Below, one piece after another: positions 9,318-10,844 of a DNA stretch of 10,844 bases; positions within the stretch are counted from its first letter, which is position 1, and each line of letters opens with the position of its first letter. The DNA is from Octopus sinensis (taxonomy: Eukaryota): positions 1 to 10,844 of the forward strand of contig NW_021827123.1 in assembly GCF_006345805.1 (NCBI RefSeq), in the 5' to 3' direction. A program made the translations under genes and the position numbers. Below the pieces are notes generated by a model. It was not told where the DNA came from and made no database searches. It worked only from the letters and a program-made list of their open reading frames with translations.

Positions 9318-9436
9318 TAAATGTTTTTTAATTTTTCTCCTGATTTACGGCAATTACTACTATTTTGCGGTTGAAGCCTTGGCTGTTATTTCTAGTGGGT
9401 TGAACGGCCTATTATGGCCGTTCCTTAATTTTGCTG

Positions 9437-9472
9437 CTATATAATATATATATTATATATATATATATATAT
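9437..9472. repeat. (AT)n microsatellite between the hammerhead element and the SINE
   Basis: Directly visible. Confidence 0.9.
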
Positions 9473-9655
9473 TTCTTTACTACCCACAAGGGGCTAAACA
9501 CATAGGGACAACAAGGACAGACAAAGGATTAAGTCGATTCCTCGACCCCAGTGCGTAACTTGTACTTACTTTTATCGACGCCGAAAGGATGAAAGGCAAA
9601 GTCGACCATGCGGGCGGAATTTGAACTCGAACGTAAGTGAACATCAGAACGTAAG
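9472..9655 (-). mobile_element. 5'-truncated tRNA-derived octopus SINE
   Basis: Minus-strand B box GAGTTCAAATTCC (9616-9628) is followed by GTCGACTTTGCCTTTCATCCTTTCGGCGTCGATAAAAGTAAGTAC, which I recall as a widespread SINE central domain abundant in Octopus. The 3' end runs into (AT)n and no A box is evident. Confidence 0.85.
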
Positions 9656-9957
9656 AGTTAAACAACTCATAGCCACAATAACGCACCGTCTTATTTACTG
9701 ACAAAGGAGGCGAGCTCCCTAATCACTGGGCATAGCCAGATCACCAGTGATTTCTCGTTTACATTGACGCACATCAGAGGCCCTCACTGGCGCCTTCGTC
9801 TAAACTCATTTCGCTTGTAAGATTACCGTAGAAACCATACGCTGATTTCATAAACAGAAAAAGGTGTAAATTATAAATAATAAGGGAGAATTGTTGCATT
9901 TTTCATTCCAAACGAAAGGCAAAAATATATACGTCACTAAATTTTTGGCATATTGGC

Positions 9958-10024
9958 GTGCGTGTGTGTGTGGGTGTCGTGTTCATGTTTGTGTGTGTGT
10001 GTGTGAGAGAGAGTGTGCGTGCGT
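9958..10024. repeat. (GT)n/(GA)n microsatellite
   Basis: Directly visible. Confidence 0.85.
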
Positions 10025-10085
10025 GAAGTGTTCAAATTTGCCTCACTGAGGGCAATATATATGTAGTGGACATCAGTCTCTTGAA

Positions 10086-10441
10086 GGAGGAATGGCCCAT
10101 TATTTAAGGCAGTGGACTCGCGTTCCGTAGGATCACGGGTTTCGATTCCCAGACCAGGCGTTGTGATTGTTTATTGAGCGAAAAACCTAAAAGTATTTCT
10201 CCCACCAACTTACTCTCACTCTTTCTTCTTGTTCCTGCTGTACCTGTATTTCAAAGGGCCAGCTTCTGTAACACTGTGTGTTACGCTGAATCTCCCCGAG
10301 AGCTACGTTAATGGTACCCGTGTGACTGTGGAGTACAGTCAGCCACTTGCACGTCAATTTCACAATTAAAGCTGTTCTGATAATCGAATCAACTGGAACC
10401 CTCGTCGGTCGCAACCGACGGAGTTGCCACGACAATGACGA
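10086..10441 (+). mobile_element. tRNA-derived octopus SINE (OR-type, from recall), near full length
   Basis: Head GGAGG..TGGCCCATTATTTAAGGCAGTGGACTCGCG with degenerate A box and B box GGTTTCGATTCCC. The body (GTACCTGTATTTCAAAGGGCCAGC ... CAGCCACTTGCACGT ... AACTGGAACCCTCGTC ... CCGACGGAGTTGCCAC) matches my recollection of an abundant Octopus SINE and ends in a short GACAAT-type tail. Confidence 0.85.
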
Positions 10442-10844
10442 GACATCAGTCCAAGAATCCCAGACATCTCGTACAATTTCACGTTGTAATTTATCGGATT
10501 TCTCAGCAGCAAACAATTTCCGAAAATCTTTTGGCAAATTTAAACTTTCTCGACGATTATTGATTTCGTAATTCTGTGTTCCTTTTTTTTTTTCTTTTTC
10601 CCGAAAACAAAAATCGCAACTGTTGCATAATATTTTTCTTTGTGTAAATTTTTATATTTTGTGTTTCGTTTTAGTTTGTTTACCTTGATTTTTGTACTTG
10701 TAAAATACTTTGATGTTCTTTCTCCTTTTTGCATCTGCACCTTTTTTATGCTTTCTTTCCGCTGCGGTTGTTTCAACGCGTGCTTTTCTTGTTATTTGTT
10801 TTAACCTTTCATTCGATACAACATCTTTTCTGCTTATTATTTAT

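Larger units (their letters stand above)
8597..9436 (+). mobile_element. Non-coding hammerhead-bearing retroelement (retrozyme-like or non-autonomous Penelope-like): inverted copy + 493-nt unit + 126-nt partial direct repeat
   Basis: 9311-9436 repeats 8818-8940 (period 493). An HHR lies at the unit end, an inverted copy of the unit's first half lies upstream, both flanks are (AT)n and there is no ORF. Confidence 0.7.

Noticed and set aside
9721-9752. 9-bp hairpin AATCACTGG/CCAGTGATT with a 14-nt loop
   Set aside because: Isolated; I could not build an HDV-like or other ribozyme fold around it.
10086-10160. tRNA-like sequence
   Set aside because: Degenerate A box, no acceptor stem and continuous with a SINE body, so it is a SINE head rather than a tRNA gene.
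10187-10776. ORFs of 116, 74 and 78 aa near the right end
   Set aside because: Two overlap the SINE and the third is a K-rich antisense reading of T-rich sequence; no recognisable domain.

Overview
AT-rich, microsatellite-saturated animal genomic DNA, most likely intronic or intergenic octopus sequence (inferred from two SINE families I recall from Octopus, not from a search). No protein-coding gene is supported: most ORFs in the track are microsatellite read-throughs and the rest are unrecognisable. The window holds a ~400-bp non-autonomous Helitron (3604-4002), two tRNA-derived SINEs (9472-9655, 10086-10441) and two unrelated non-coding elements carrying type I hammerhead ribozymes (HHR), each flanked by (AT)n. 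The first (1514-1712) is a 131-bp near-perfect palindrome of two back-to-back minimal HHRs. The second (8597-9436) is a 493-nt hairpin-rich unit ending in an HHR with an unusually long (77-nt) stem II; it is followed by a partial direct repeat and preceded by a ~213-bp inverted copy whose junction falls at the position equivalent to the cleavage site. This resembles a retrozyme or non-autonomous Penelope-like element and is the best candidate for an undescribed system. All structures were folded by eye.
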